From Takakia lepidozioides (taxonomy: Eukaryota; Plantae; Bryophyta): a stretch of DNA of 64,000 nucleotides. Of the stretch, positions 50,608-63,562 are shown piece after piece. Under the pieces are notes generated by a model. That model ran no database searches. It was not told where the DNA came from and worked only from the letters and a program-made list of their open reading frames with translations. Every line of letters starts with the position of its first letter. Position 1 is the stretch's first letter. The stretch spans positions 35,340,001-35,404,000 of the forward strand of contig CM060734.1 in the NCBI GenBank assembly GCA_030704615.1, given 5' to 3'. Position numbers and translations under genes: made by a program.

Positions 50608-53600
50608 TCACTTGATACTTTCACCTTTCCTCATACTCTTCTCTGGCCACAGAGTCACCGTGCCTTTCACATGCGCTAGTGTGGTCTGGGGGGGGGGCAT
50701 CGTCCACATTTGGGCAAGGCAATGTAACACTTGGAAGCATGATCTCGTGGACTTTCACCTTGTACCACCCGGATCGAATGTCCTTGCAGGGAACTTGTCA
50801 ACCCCGGCTATTCCCACCACTTCCGCCTTGGCGGCGGCTGTCTTTGACCGCTTGTCATGGGGGTTCAGGAGAAACACAGGATCTGATATCTGTAGACGCC
50901 ACCATTAGGGTCCACTCAGCAACAAACATAGCAATGACAGGGTGAAAGTCAAGCGCAGCTGGGCATGGAAACGATCTTGGTTGCCACAATACTAAATCAG
51001 CAGCAAATTCACGGTGTACCAACGTACCTTGAAGCGAAGCTCGTCGCTGAGGGTGGCAACTGAGGAAAGCTGCCCACGTGTCTTCAACTGCAGCAGCAAA
51101 AAGAGGTTTAGTCAGACGGATAAGAATAACATGAACTCTGGTGGTTGCAATGGTATAAACACACCTCCACAGAGCAAACTAAAAACACCCTGCTCAGACC
51201 CTGCACACTACAACTTCCTGGCAAAAATAACCCTACTAAAAACCAGCCAGGCAAAGCAAGGAGCCATGAATGCATGCCTGGGGAACCACGTCCTGCTGCG
51301 ATGATGGTGCCGGGGACAGCCCACTCCTCTTGCTCACATGCAATGAATACACATTGCAACGCTTCAGGAAGTGTATCCATAAAGGAAACCAACCAAGTAA
51401 GTTTGCGGAGAGGGGCTAGGAACAACCATACCTTGGGCGCTGCCTCCTCATGCCGGGGGGGGAATCCGGAATGCTGCCGCCGTAGCACTATGGTCCTAGG
51501 CGCAGGACCCACCTTCTTCACATTCGACCCCACTGCCACTCCCTGTACATGTGGTCCCTGCAAAACATATAGTGCCAGCCTTGCGTGAGAGGGCATCCGG
51601 GGGGAACAAAACAAACATGGACTTTGGCTTCGATGTCATGTTGCAAACAGTAAGGTTAGTTTCACCTGCATGGGCGCAAAAGTACTTCCCCCAACGACCC
51701 CATCCTCTCCCACATTCAAGCTGCCAGTTGGGGTCAGCTTCCGCGTGCTTGTGAAGACACGCACATCCTTGGAGCAAAACAAATCTTGGCAGTAGGGCCA
51801 GACTGTTTCTAAAAGGTAGTCTGAATCGGGCCCCTCACTGACATTACCAGTGACATCAAACGACAATGGATGGACCATGTTCAAAGGGGAGTTCCCCCTC
51901 CCCTTGTGTGGTGAATCATCCACTAGGAGGGTATTGGATTTGTTAAATCCAGAAAATTCCGACCACACCCTCGACAGTCTCTTCTGTAAGTTCTGTACGG
52001 CAAGCCCTTTTGTGGGGTGTGGCTCTGTCAAGGGGTCACACTCCTCTTGTGACCACACAAAGAGGGGAGAACCCTTGACCCCCTGCATCACCACTTTGAA
52101 GATGTTTGCAACATTCCCCCTGGAAGCACAGGACCATATCCCAACGTAGAAATACCGGAAGAGAAGGTTTAAAAACTCGCAGACCTGGGGCCTTGGGAAA
52201 ACATACTTGTTGGTGGTCAACACCCATGGCCAATGACGCCTCGGGTTGGGCTGAAAGTTAGGAATAGAGTGGCACAGGATCCCGTTCAGGTCTAGAACAA
52301 TTAGTTTCGACTTTTCTATGAAAGGAGCTTTTGAAGGGATGTCACGGGGTCTCACCTCAGTGGGTTGGGAGACAACAGTCACCCCGGAGGGCAAAGTTTC
52401 GGTCCCCCTGCAGCCTGGACTAGGCAAACTACCACCCTCTCCCCCTACAGCTTCCCCTTTTTCCCCATCATGAGCAATGACCCCCCATCGTCCATGTCAT
52501 CCCCACCAACTTGCTGGACCTCTCCCTCTTCAACGAGTGGACCCTGCCCCCCACTGTGAATATCATCAACAACAGCCTGGACCTCTGTCACATCCCTACC
52601 CACTACAATTACTTCCTCCTTGTCAGGTACAATGGTCGCAGCAGGGGGGTCTTCCATAATGCCACCCGTCACACCCCCTTTTTGCCCCATCATGAGTTCT
52701 ACTATCTTCTTCAGTTGTGCTTCCATTCCCCTCTCCCACTCCGCAGAGAGAGCCGCAAGCCTCTCTAGGGCCCCGATGCGGGCTGCCATTGAGTTCCCCG
52801 CTCCCTACGCATACAAACACCCACCCGTACTGTTAAAACCAGAAGAAGAGGCCGAATGTGCAGGATTTCAGGCATTCGGAGATGGCTGGGTTTGGCATAA
52901 CACCCCTACCATGCGTGGGGGCCCCACATACCCACCAAATCTTAGTACAACAACAGATTCATGAATGGAAACCGGACTTCAAAACATACCTAGCTCAAAA
53001 CAGACTTTGATGGGGTGCCAGTCGCAGCGTTCTTGCACTCCGCCCCGAGCTCGGACAGTGACGGGCTCCGCGCTTTGCGTCTTTTTTGTATTTGCCCATC
53101 CACACACTGTCAGTACAAAATGCCAGGAGCATATGGACAAATCACTGCCCTACATATCACATAACAACTAATTCTGTACAAGCAATAAAACCCACTCGTG
53201 GGTGTCTCTTCATCAGAACATGCCACAACGTAAGAGCAATGAGAAGGGGGTGAGGGAGATTACCAAACGGGCTGCTTGGCCTGCAACTCTTGCCCGGCCC
53301 CAACGCGAGGGGTTCGTGACACAAGCACGCGCTTGCTTCATCCCTTCAGCCTTTGCAAGTCCACGAGGGGACTCCCAGTAGGCAACAAGCTTATCCCAAT
53401 AGGCGGGTTCAGTGTTCATTGGCCTCACACCAGTCTTCGCCCATTTATCTTTCAGTTTTGCTCTTTCTCCTTTCATTATCTTCCCACATTGCTTCACTAT
53501 AAAATCACGATTGGCACGGATAGGTGTATACTCGTACATTCCATTTATGCCCTCTATTATTGTTGACATGGCACTCTGGGACTGCTGGTCAATGTCTTGT

Positions 53601-56199
53601 ACGCTTGAGTCAAGGTAACGCAATGCCAGGCCACGCAAATCATGCTGCCAGTGTTCCTTACCTTCGCAGCCAGCATTGATGACTCCATTTCCATGCACCT
53701 CCACCTTGTGGCGCTTTAGCCCTGCAGCCACCCTTCCCTCTCCATCTCCTTCCCATTGTTTCATGGCATGGCATCGTTCCTTCCTCAGCTCTGATGTCCA
53801 TTTCCTGCCCCCATGCTCTGGAGCAGCGCCGTCATACGTTGTGGGGGGTGACTGATGTGTGCCAGAGGGGGGAGGGCCGTATGGAGATGTGGGAGGCCCC
53901 CATTGTGACGTGGCAACATCAGGAAGCCAGCGCCACGACCCCGAAGCAGGGGGGGCTCCCCATGGTGCACTCTGTTGTGGAGACCATCCGGCAGGGGGTG
54001 GGTGCCAAGGTTGGTGTTGGTTGGCATTGTGTGGTGGATGTGAGTGCTTTGCTGCAGCTTCACTCCCTTCCCCTGCCAAAAACATCCCACACACAAGGTG
54101 CATCAGCTGTAGTCCTACTGAACACAACGTCACCAGAGCACAAACCATCCCACAACCACAACTATGGATTGGCTGACCTCAAACCCACTCCCCTTGCAGC
54201 GCAAGTGCCAAAAACTGAAAAGGAGAGGGACAGAATGACCTCATAACATGTAAGCCCATTCATTGGTGAAGAAACAGAATGTGGGTGGGTTCACATCAGT
54301 ACCACATGAAACTTACCAGGAAACAGAACATCCATCCGGGTTTGCACATATCCAGTGGACATCTATTCACACAATCATCAAATGGCTGTATGGCGGAGCC
54401 CAGCAACGAAGCCCCAAAAGGCCTAAAGACTCTCAATGTTGGTAAACACAGGTGCAGACACAATTCAATTGAAAGGATATTGCAGACCTAGCCTCGTTGG
54501 AGTTATCAACACATATAGCAAATGCGTACTCCAACACAGGTGTAATGACGTGACAAAGCAACATTTCCTTGACCTAAAAACTAGTCCCTCTACAAACAGT
54601 GGTAGACCTGAAGGTTTTCCACGATGTCCTCCCCCATGTCACAAATTGAGAACATGTTCAGGGATGTTTTCTGCCTAACTTCATTTTCTGCCCAATCAGA
54701 TCTCCTCTACGCTGATGATGTTGCCCTTTTGGCACAATCCCCGGTCTTTCTGCAACGCCATCTCAAAATTGGAACAGTTCTGCAAAGACTATGGGATGCA
54801 AGTCAATCTTAGCAAGACCAAGATCATGGTCTTCAATGGCCAGGCTGATCGTAGTTAGATCATCTTCAACCAGCAGGAAATTGAGATTGTCAAATCATAC
54901 CGGTACCTAGGTCTGGTTATCCACTCCCCCAAGTTTCACTTTGCAGCCATTGCCTTGGACAGATTGACTAAAGGTAAGGCGGCCTCCGTCCGCCTTCATG
55001 CCAAATGCAAGCAAATACATCTGCGGCATCCCCCGACCAAAAAGTGGGCTCTGACACCGTGTCAGCCCTGCTACCATCAATGGTTGTGAGTTTGGGCAAC
55101 TGGTGTCCCTGTCTCCTGGTGGGAAAAGAATTTTGAACCATTACAGTCATCTTTTCTCCAAGCAATGCTTGGCGCCAGGAGCACAACTCCATCTCAGATC
55201 CTAGGTGCAGAGTTCGCATGTGTACCATTGCAATCCGAGCACAGTTCAGGCTTACAATCTTTCTCATAGATTGCAGGCCCTTCCACCCAATGGGCTAGTG
55301 GCAAGGGCCCTCACAACATATATGAGGCTCAAAGCTGCGTTTCGGGAACTCCTGGTATGCTCGAGTGGACAGTTTATTGAAACGTAACGGACTCTCTACT
55401 GCTTTCCTATTACCAATGAACCCAGATGAGGTGGACATCACATCCAGACATGACCGCAACAGACTTCATTTGGAGAGAGTTATGGAATTACATGTCAAGA
55501 GAATTGGTGCTACCCAATCTCACAACAAAGCTCCACTTCTATCGAGAGACATTTTGGTGTTCTGCGATGATAGAATAGAATCTTCAGACCAAAATACCTT
55601 TCAGCACCCTACCTCCTCCTCTTGAGGGCATTGGGGCGGTTCAGGGTGGGTTCCCACAACCTACGGATGGAGACTGGCAGATGGGAAAACCTTGCAACGG
55701 GAGGACCGCCTATGTCCAGCTTGCATAGGGGCAGCAAGGAAATTGAAAACTGAAGAACACTTCTTCTTCTACTGCCCTGTATACTACGAGATCCGTTTGA
55801 ACAACTTGTGGATATGTGCATCCCAGTTTCAGTTTCAGGAGAATCAACGCCCAGAAAACATGAACACAAGTAGGGGTAGAACTCCCTCATGCGCAGCGGT
55901 TTTGTGAGTTTGCACACCTTTTGGAGAGACTCTGCAGATGGAGGTGCAATTTCCGCCGAACTGTCCTCCACCTCGTCGTCGTCGCCCATGCTATACTCGC
56001 TTGTGTCAAAATCCAAACTCGAAAAGAACCGCCCACCTCTCTGCCTTTCCTCTTGCACCGACGCCATCTGTACGGATTCAGTCGAGCCAGGCGGGGGCTC
56101 CTTCACACCGCGGGCTCTGGAATGTGCAGAAGTGGGGGAGGTTGGTGATGCTTGCCTCGGCGGTCGAGCGCTTCTTACTAGGCGTGGGACATAGACCAT
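50608..56199 (-). CDS. CACTA TnpA-like multi-exon gene (Ptta/En/Spm domain, coiled coil, FCP1-like domain, TNP1-like domain) with apparent frameshifts
   Basis: 53260-53800: YWDKLVAYWESP..AEGMKQAR..SRWGR. Last exon 50889-50608: VFLLNP..AKAEVVG..GWYKVKV..LPCPN..PQTTL..KGTVTLWP. The 5' exons are uncertain. Confidence 0.65.
51750..52310 (-). CDS. FCP1/SCP (NIF) HAD-phosphatase-like domain, DLNG variant
   Basis: KLIVLDLNGILCH, VFPRPQVCEFL, VGIWSCAS, LFVWSQEEC, KRLSRVW, NTLLVDDSPHK in ORF 52427-51636. Confidence 0.88.
54700..55800 (+). mobile_element. 5'-truncated, degenerate LINE ORF2 (RT C-terminal half and CCHC finger) inside a TnpA intron
   Basis: LLYADDVALL, VNLSKTKIMVF, YRYLG, FRVGSHNLRMETGRW, RLCPAC..EEHFFFYCPVYYEIR, with frameshifts and stops. 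Confidence 0.85.
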
Positions 56200-58059
56200 G
56201 ACAAAGATGAAGACAAGCGAGGAAATAGACCATGACCAAGACAAAGACGAGCGAGGAAGACAAGCAAGACATGCAAAGGAGGAAAGAAGGACAAGGAGGG
56301 GAGTGTGATCACACACCCCCTGATCTGTAGTGAAGATCCGACCGTTGTTGTTTGATTTCAAATATGCAATGTGCGTGCATCCGACACTATGGCATTTCGA
56401 CGTTTTAGACATTTGGTGTTTAAACCCTAAAACCACTTACAATCCTCCAGACAACTAGATATAGTGATTCACACAACTGACAGGATCCGTAACTTTTTTT
56501 TCGTTTCATAATTAGGCGAAGGAAAACACACTGCAATGATGTCGTGTATGGCTCCGCTTTACGTGCATTCTTGGAGAAAATGTGGCATGATGTGTGAGAA
56601 GTGAACACAGTGCTCTGCCAAATGATTAAGCAAAAACAAACTCAACTGAGTGGTTCTCCCATTGCAGAGAAGGGTCCATTCGACACCCATCGCACCATGC
56701 CAGGGGTTGAGGTCCTCACCCACACACCTACACACCGAGAATTTGCGAACCCACATCAGCTGGGGAGAACATGCGGAAATTACCCCGTGGATCACATGCA
56801 AGCATGAATGAGAAATGGGTTTATGACATGGGAGCGTTGTTGGTGTACCTTGCGCGACATGACAACTCTGTCTACATACTCCATAAGTCGCTGTCCCAAG
56901 ACCCAGGGGACAGGGGAGGCCGGTCGGTGAGTCGGCGGGATGAGTCTGTACCACAATGGTTAATCATACAGCAGAGGGTACTGCTGCCCAACGTGCAAAA
57001 GCCGCCGGCTGCAGGATGCTAGGCATGCGAACTCGGCACAACACGCCTCCTTGCACCCACTACGTCCCAAACAGTGCAAAGAAACCGTGCATGCATCGAC
57101 TGCCGTTTGGCTTTCTCTCTAGGCATTTGGGGGTCTGCGATCTGCTACATGTAAGTGTCTTTGAATGCGACGATCAAAGGATCCGGTACTTGCAGTTGCC
57201 GTCTCAAGGCAGCATTGCAAGAATCAAAAATTAAGTAAGAAGATGGACGAATGAAAGAAGAAGCTGAAAAAGCAAATGAGTGAAGTGGCAGGGCGATGCT
57301 CCATTTTACATGCCCCTTTCCCGCATGGTGATAGAGCCACACCACAAATGGACTCCCTCCCGCACGGTGCAATTTCACGGCAACGGAACGGGATGGCGCC
57401 GACGAAACGTGATGGGATGGCCTAAGACAAGTGCGCAGATTCCTGGCTTGTAGTCAGGTTGTTCACACTTCAATGCACACATTTCATACACATTCAACCA
57501 TATGCCCAAGATCACAACGTCCTCAATCGTGAAAATTGAAATTCCACGTACGTCCTACGATTCCTCACACACACACGAACTGTAGAGACAGGTGGTTTCC
57601 AGGATGTCGTGGTTGAGTCGATTTTGGTCATTTCCTAAAGTGTCTTGTTGATAAGATTCTAGTTATATGATGGAAGCATCGTGATGGCTTTTAATGGTTT
57701 GCTGTTGAGTGTAACTTTTAATCATGTTGTGGAATCTACCGGTGGTATGATAAAATGTCAACTGTCTTCTCTGCCAAAGGATTGGGTGGCTGGGAATTTC
57801 AAATGAGATTGACAGGAGGGGAGGGAATGGACGGTAGTGAAAGGGGCAGTGGCAGAGCCAATTAGGAATCTCTGCCAAGGAGAATCCGGCCCCCTGCAAC
57901 GGCGTGCAAAAACAGCATGAAGAGGCTCCCCAACAAAATGAGTTCCCCTCGCCCTGCGGGGAGGACTTCCAATTAATCACCCATGTGTAGACAGAACACA
58001 AGAGAGATGACAGGTGGTGGAAAAGAGAAGTGGCACGTGCCCGAGCTTTCAAGGATGCC

Positions 58060-61000
58060 ATGCCCATGTGAATGTGTTTGGGCACTACAAGTAGATCTGA
58101 GGACGGTTGTGCGCACACATCTCCTTCACCACAAAAGACATGAAGCATTTTGGGTGTGGATTGTGGAGATGGACCTGCAGACGAAGACGATGAGGAGTGG
58201 GCACATTGGACAATGTCACACCACTGAGGGAGAGCCATACAGACAGGCCAGACGAGGACTATGTCATGGGCGCAGGACATGAACAGGCATGGACGGAGAC
58301 GGGGTGGAGATTACTCGAATGTGCAGGAAGCATTCCACATCATGGACGATGCTGAAGAGGGGGACGGCGTGGACAACTGGGAGATGGTGATGATGACGCA
58401 GGCAATGAAGGCATAAAGTGGGGGAAGGCGTGGAGGAGGTGGAGATGGAGAATTGAATCCTGAACACATGACACTTTAGAAATGAAAAATACAAAGTGCC
58501 AACCACTGATAGATGGATGTCTCATCCACAAAGCTTGCTGCCACCATGCTGTTGATGAACCTGTGCACAACCCACGGTGTCTCAGACCATTTTGTGGACG
58601 AGTTGTTCTCTTTGCTTCGGCTGAACTTGCTTCCACAACCAAATGAAATGCCAAAAAGCTGTCACATGGCCAACCAAATGATTGGGAAGCTCGGCCTCAA
58701 CTACGTGAAAATACATGCATGTCCAAAAGGACATGTACTTTTCAGAAGAGAGTACAAGGATGCTATGGAGTGCCCCAAATGCGGTGCAGCCCGATACCAT
58801 GATGTGGGCAGGTTACAACAGCCAGCCAAGGTGTTGAGGCACTTTCCCCTTATCCCCCGTCTATTACGAATGTACAAATGCAAGACCATTAGTGAGCTCA
58901 TGACTTGGCATTCCAGGAATGCCTCAAACGATGGTTTGGTAAGGCATGTCCCAGATTCCCTTGCATGGAAGCATATAGATGCAACTTGGCCCGATTTCGC
59001 CGAGGACCCACGCAATGTGCGATTGGCTGTATCTACGGATGGAGTAAACCCATACGGATCAAAGAGTTGCACATGGTCCACATGGCCCGTGCAGTTGGTG
59101 GCATACAACCTGCCACCATGGTTGACAACAAAGAAATTCTTTGTCATGTTGTCTCTCTTGATTCCAGGCAAGGAGTCCGTGACAAATGCAAACATAGATG
59201 TGTATTTGCAACCATTGATTGAAGAGCTACAGGAACTATGGATTGGAGTTGAAGCTTACGACATTTTGAAACCAGTAGGGCAACGGAGTTTCACCCTCCG
59301 TGCCATACTCATGTGGTCAATCCACGATTTCCCCGCATATGGCCTTGTTGCGGGTTGCAAGACGAAGGGCTACAAAGGGTGCCCCATTTGTGGGCCCTAT
59401 GTGGATTCACGGCACTCAAAGCCACTAGGGAAGACAATATACATGGGGCATCGACGTTACCTTGCAAGAAACCACCCCTACCGACGAGCAGGAAGGCACT
59501 TCAATGGATGTGTTGAAAAGAGAATGGCACCAAATGCTGTGACACCGGAGGAGACATTGCAATTTGCAAAGGAGAAAGAGGCGTTCATGGAGATTGGAGG
59601 GAGAGACGGAAGTAGTGCGGATCCAGCCATGGAGCACGGGGTGAAGCGCCGGACAATCCTTTGGGATTTGCCATACTGGAAGGTGCATGAATCCCCCCCC
59701 CCCATTCACTCACTTTCTTTCACATTGTGCTTCCTGGAATTACCTTTACTGTCAGGAGTCCTTCCACCAACTCCTAAGTCAGTGTAACTACTATGCAGTA
59801 GATGTTGAAGTCGTACACCTCACTGTGGAGAGGATCGTGGAGTTGTTGAAAGCAGAATGTAGTAACATGGACAACTTCTGCCACATATTCTACTTTTTTT
59901 GCCCATAGAACTTGGTCTCATGGGAGGACATTTGGCATTTCAGAACCTCTTGCAGCGGTACCTCCTGGACCCCATGCATTGTGAGAAGAACTTCTGCGAG
60001 AACATTCTGAAGACTATCTTTGGGGAGAAGGATACGATAAACGTACGAAAGGACATGGAGATTGAAGGGATACGGTCACATCTGTGGCTAAGGCCTGATC
60101 CAAATAGACCAGGCAAAGTGCTCATGCCAGCAGCATCATACGTCCTGACCAAATCAGAGCAAGAGGATTTTTTGAAGACATTGGGAGCCATGAAAGTGCC
60201 AACCGGATTCTCGGGTGCTTTCCAAAAGCATGCCATAAACAAGAAATGGTCGGGGATGAAGTCACATGATCTACACGTGATGATGCAACAGATTTTGCCA
60301 GTGTGCATTCGGGGTACGATGGCGCCAGGTCCTCGAACAGCCATAATGCGTGTAAGTCGAGTGTTTAGGAAGATTTGTGCGAAGGTGTGGGATCCGAGGG
60401 ACATTACATCGTTGCATGAGGATGTGGCTATGACCCTATGTTTGCTGGAGAAAGAATTCCCTCCATCATTCTTTGACGTCATGACGCACTTGCTAGTGCA
60501 TCTTGTAGAGGAGTTGCATGTGTGTGGGCCCGTAGCCAGCCGGTGGATGTACCCCATGGAGAGGTACATGAAGGATCTGAAGGGGTATGTACGCAACATG
60601 GCACGGCCAGAGGGGAGTATGGCGGAGGGCTACATCCGCGACGAAGCCCTGGGCTTCATGACAGAGTATATGTCTTCATTTGATGCAATACAACGACGGG
60701 TGTGGGACGAGAACGAGGAAGAAGGAGTTGTAGGCGAGGTCCTAGAAGGTGGTGGAACAAAGCGTGCCATGAGCCCGCGCCTTCGGGATGTGGCACATGA
60801 TTATGTGCTGAACAACACAACAACCATGACACCATGGAGACAGTGGGTGCCAACTTACATCCCTCCTGTGCTATTCTTAATGGTCTTTGTATGCTGGAAT
60901 TACATATATATTGTCACAAGTCATTCCGGCCACTATGGGAGTGGGATCGTGTACTAACAGGGTGCTTCAGACGACTACAGAGGGTGTTTCGTAGATCTTG

Positions 61001-62027
61001 GTTGTTGCTTGCAAGTGATTATGAAGTAGGCTGCATCACTACAGTGTGCTTGAAAGGACACACACTCTGCATGTGGCATGCATGTACAACACGGTGTTGG
61101 TCAGGGGGACTGAGTTGCAGCTTCTATTTGGTTTCTGCCAGAAAGTACGCAGCGGAGAAGGTCCGCCTGAAAACGGAACGGAGTGCATTTGCAAAAGCAT
61201 GGCGGAGGGGCGGTCGTAGGCGCAGATCCCCGGTGGAGTACCCCACAACAATGGAGGAGCTGCAGCCCTTTACAGTGTGGGTCAGATCTGCAATTGCAGT
61301 GTACGCATCAGAGAACGAGGACCCAGATGAGGGCATGGTGAGTCTGTCATTCCCCCCAGGGCTGATTGCCACTTCGTACCGGTCAATGAAAGCATATGGC
61401 AATCACTATAGAGTGGACGATGCCAACACCAGCCTCCTGGTGACTTATGACAGCGGAGTGGCATCATTTTTTGAACAAGAGAGTAGGAGCTGTGCACGAG
61501 ATCGGAATCCAATTTCATGCCATGTGCAATATGTAGGAGTGATCAAAGAGATCCTTAAACTAGACTATGGTCTTGTGAAGCCAATTCTATTCCGTTGTTC
61601 TTGGGTAAAAGCCAATATGGTAGGAGAGAATGCCACCATGAAACGGGATGAGTACGGGTTCCTCCTTGCTGATTTCAGAAAAATGCTACCACAAGATGAA
61701 GAGCCATTCATCTTCCCATCGCAAGTTGAGCAAGTTTTCTTTTCAGATGACACCCATGCGCCGGGATGGAAGGTGGTTCTTCACAAGGACCCCCGGGCCA
61801 AACGAGTCGTGGCCGACGTCCATGATCTGGACCTAGGGGAGAATGCCGACCACGAGGGTCTGAGGGAACCACAAAATCTACCAGATACGGCCGAACCAGT
61901 CTCTTTGGAAGGAGCAGTTACCTTTAATGAGGAAGACATTCCAGGGTTGGTAATTACCGCAAGGCAAATTGCAGATGTGGGTAGTGAAGGGGAAGATTAT
62001 TTGGATACAGATAGTGAGCCCAGCTGA
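58060..62027 (+). CDS. CACTA TnpD/TNP2 transposase (exons ..59682, 59944-60842, 61142-62027); 5' part degenerate
   Basis: CPCEC..HL domain remnant (~58060), IHACPKGH, LRHFPLIPRL, RNVRLAVSTDGVNP, YNLPPW, HDFPAYG, DPMHCEKN, MKSHD, RWMYPMER, PEGSMAEGY, EPFIFPSQVEQVFF. Confidence 0.93.
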
Positions 62028-62859
62028 ATCTCAGTGTCCATTAAGCCAGCAGCTCATAGACGAGAGCTATGCTAAGGACTCTTACTGTCCTTAGAACCCA
62101 TTTTGTACAGTCCTGCAAGCGCGCAAGGGCGAGACAGTTAATAGTATCGATAATGTCCCGGTATGTGGTCCGTACTGTCTTGTGAACAAACCTTTTTTTG
62201 TTCTGCCAATATTGTTTCTGACATGTGAGGAGAGGATCGTCTTCATGTACGGGAAGTAGACGTGAATGTGTGCATGCATTTTCTGGCCCAGCTGCATGCT
62301 TTCCAGGAACAAAGACCAGTGGAATGGGGGGTGTCTCCAAAGGAGCAGGACCGAACGACACCTTTTTGTGCTTCCCTTGCTTTCCTTCTCACCGTTGTTG
62401 CATTCTCCCACCTGCCCAACAACAGCACTCTCGAAGCAATAGCATGACATATGTTGCAACATGGTCTTCTTCACCAGCGAATGAGTTTTTTTGCTACATG
62501 TACTGCCACGTCCACATTAACGTTGATCCCTGCAAGCACTTGGCAAGACACCCCAGAGCCGCAAATCCAGCAACCACACACAAACACATCTAACTGATTG
62601 TAGTGACACGAGAATAGCTCACTTGTAGAGGAATTGAACCTCCAGCCAAATGAATGGCTCTGCCCCTTGTAGCACAAGTGCGATGCAAAAACAAGGTGAG
62701 TACAAAATGAAGAAGCACTTACGAGGTCCCCATCCCTCGGATGGGCTCCCACTTGTGCTTGGAACTATGCAGGCCTGACTAGCACCAAATTGCATGAATC
62801 CTAAGCCTGAATGTCAAATGCAGGTTTATGTCGCGATGCAGCATGCCATCATCTAACCT

Positions 62860-63562
62860 GTAGTTTCCAGTTTCACTGGTGTCACAACTGCCTTCAAGTC
62901 AACATCAAAATTAAGTCCACCTATGCGCAAATCGCAGAATGTCTCATGACACCATCTGCCGCCGCTGGTTTGGCATGATATGATTGTAGTTCACAACCTT
63001 AATGAACGCTTTCAGCCTTGACCTCTTTGCGATCTTCTTCTGTGACTGCTTCTTCATAATTTATGAAAGGGAAAAGTAGCTACACATCAAATTCTTGCAA
63101 GTACAGGGGGGTACTCAGGCCTCCTTGGGAGAAAGAGTGCCATAAACACAGACACATCCTTAAATGTAAAAATTGGAGAAGCGAACGTCTGGTGGCAATA
63201 ACTGCCTAAACCAGAATTATACTCCATTCCAGCGCACATGTAAAGGGTCGGATGATAACTCGGAATCCCAGTTGGAGATAATGAGACGAATACATGACTA
63301 TCTTGCGAGTTTCAACTTTCTTGGAGGTAGTTTCCAGTTTCTCTGGTGTCACAACTGCCTTCAAGCTGGGTTTAGAGGAATTAAGTCCCACTCGCAAATG
63401 CAGAATGTCTCCCTCATCTGCGTGGGGAAAATGGGGTTTGGCATGATATGATTGTAGTTCACAACCAAAGGGCATATTCTTCAGCCTTGACGTCTTTGCG
63501 ATCTTCTTCTGTGACGCCTTCTGCATAACTTGTGAAATGGAAAAGCAGCTACACATCAAATT
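62860..63562. repeat. Diverged ~235-bp direct repeat (62860-63093, 63327-63562)
   Basis: Shared blocks GTAGTTTCCAG..CTGGTGTCACAACTGCCTTCAAG, GGTTTGGCATGATATGATTGTAGTTCACAACC, TCTTTGCGATCTTCTTCTGTGAC and GCTACACATCAAATT. Confidence 0.85.

Noticed and set aside
58701-60599. Long antisense ORFs over TnpD (164 and 219 aa) and over TTI1 and GR-RBP
   Set aside because: They are shadow frames of real coding sequence or GC-rich promoter DNA, with no independent motifs.
62300-62360. HWSL as a ULP1 protease motif
   Set aside because: No accompanying D or QxNxxDCG motif is visible.
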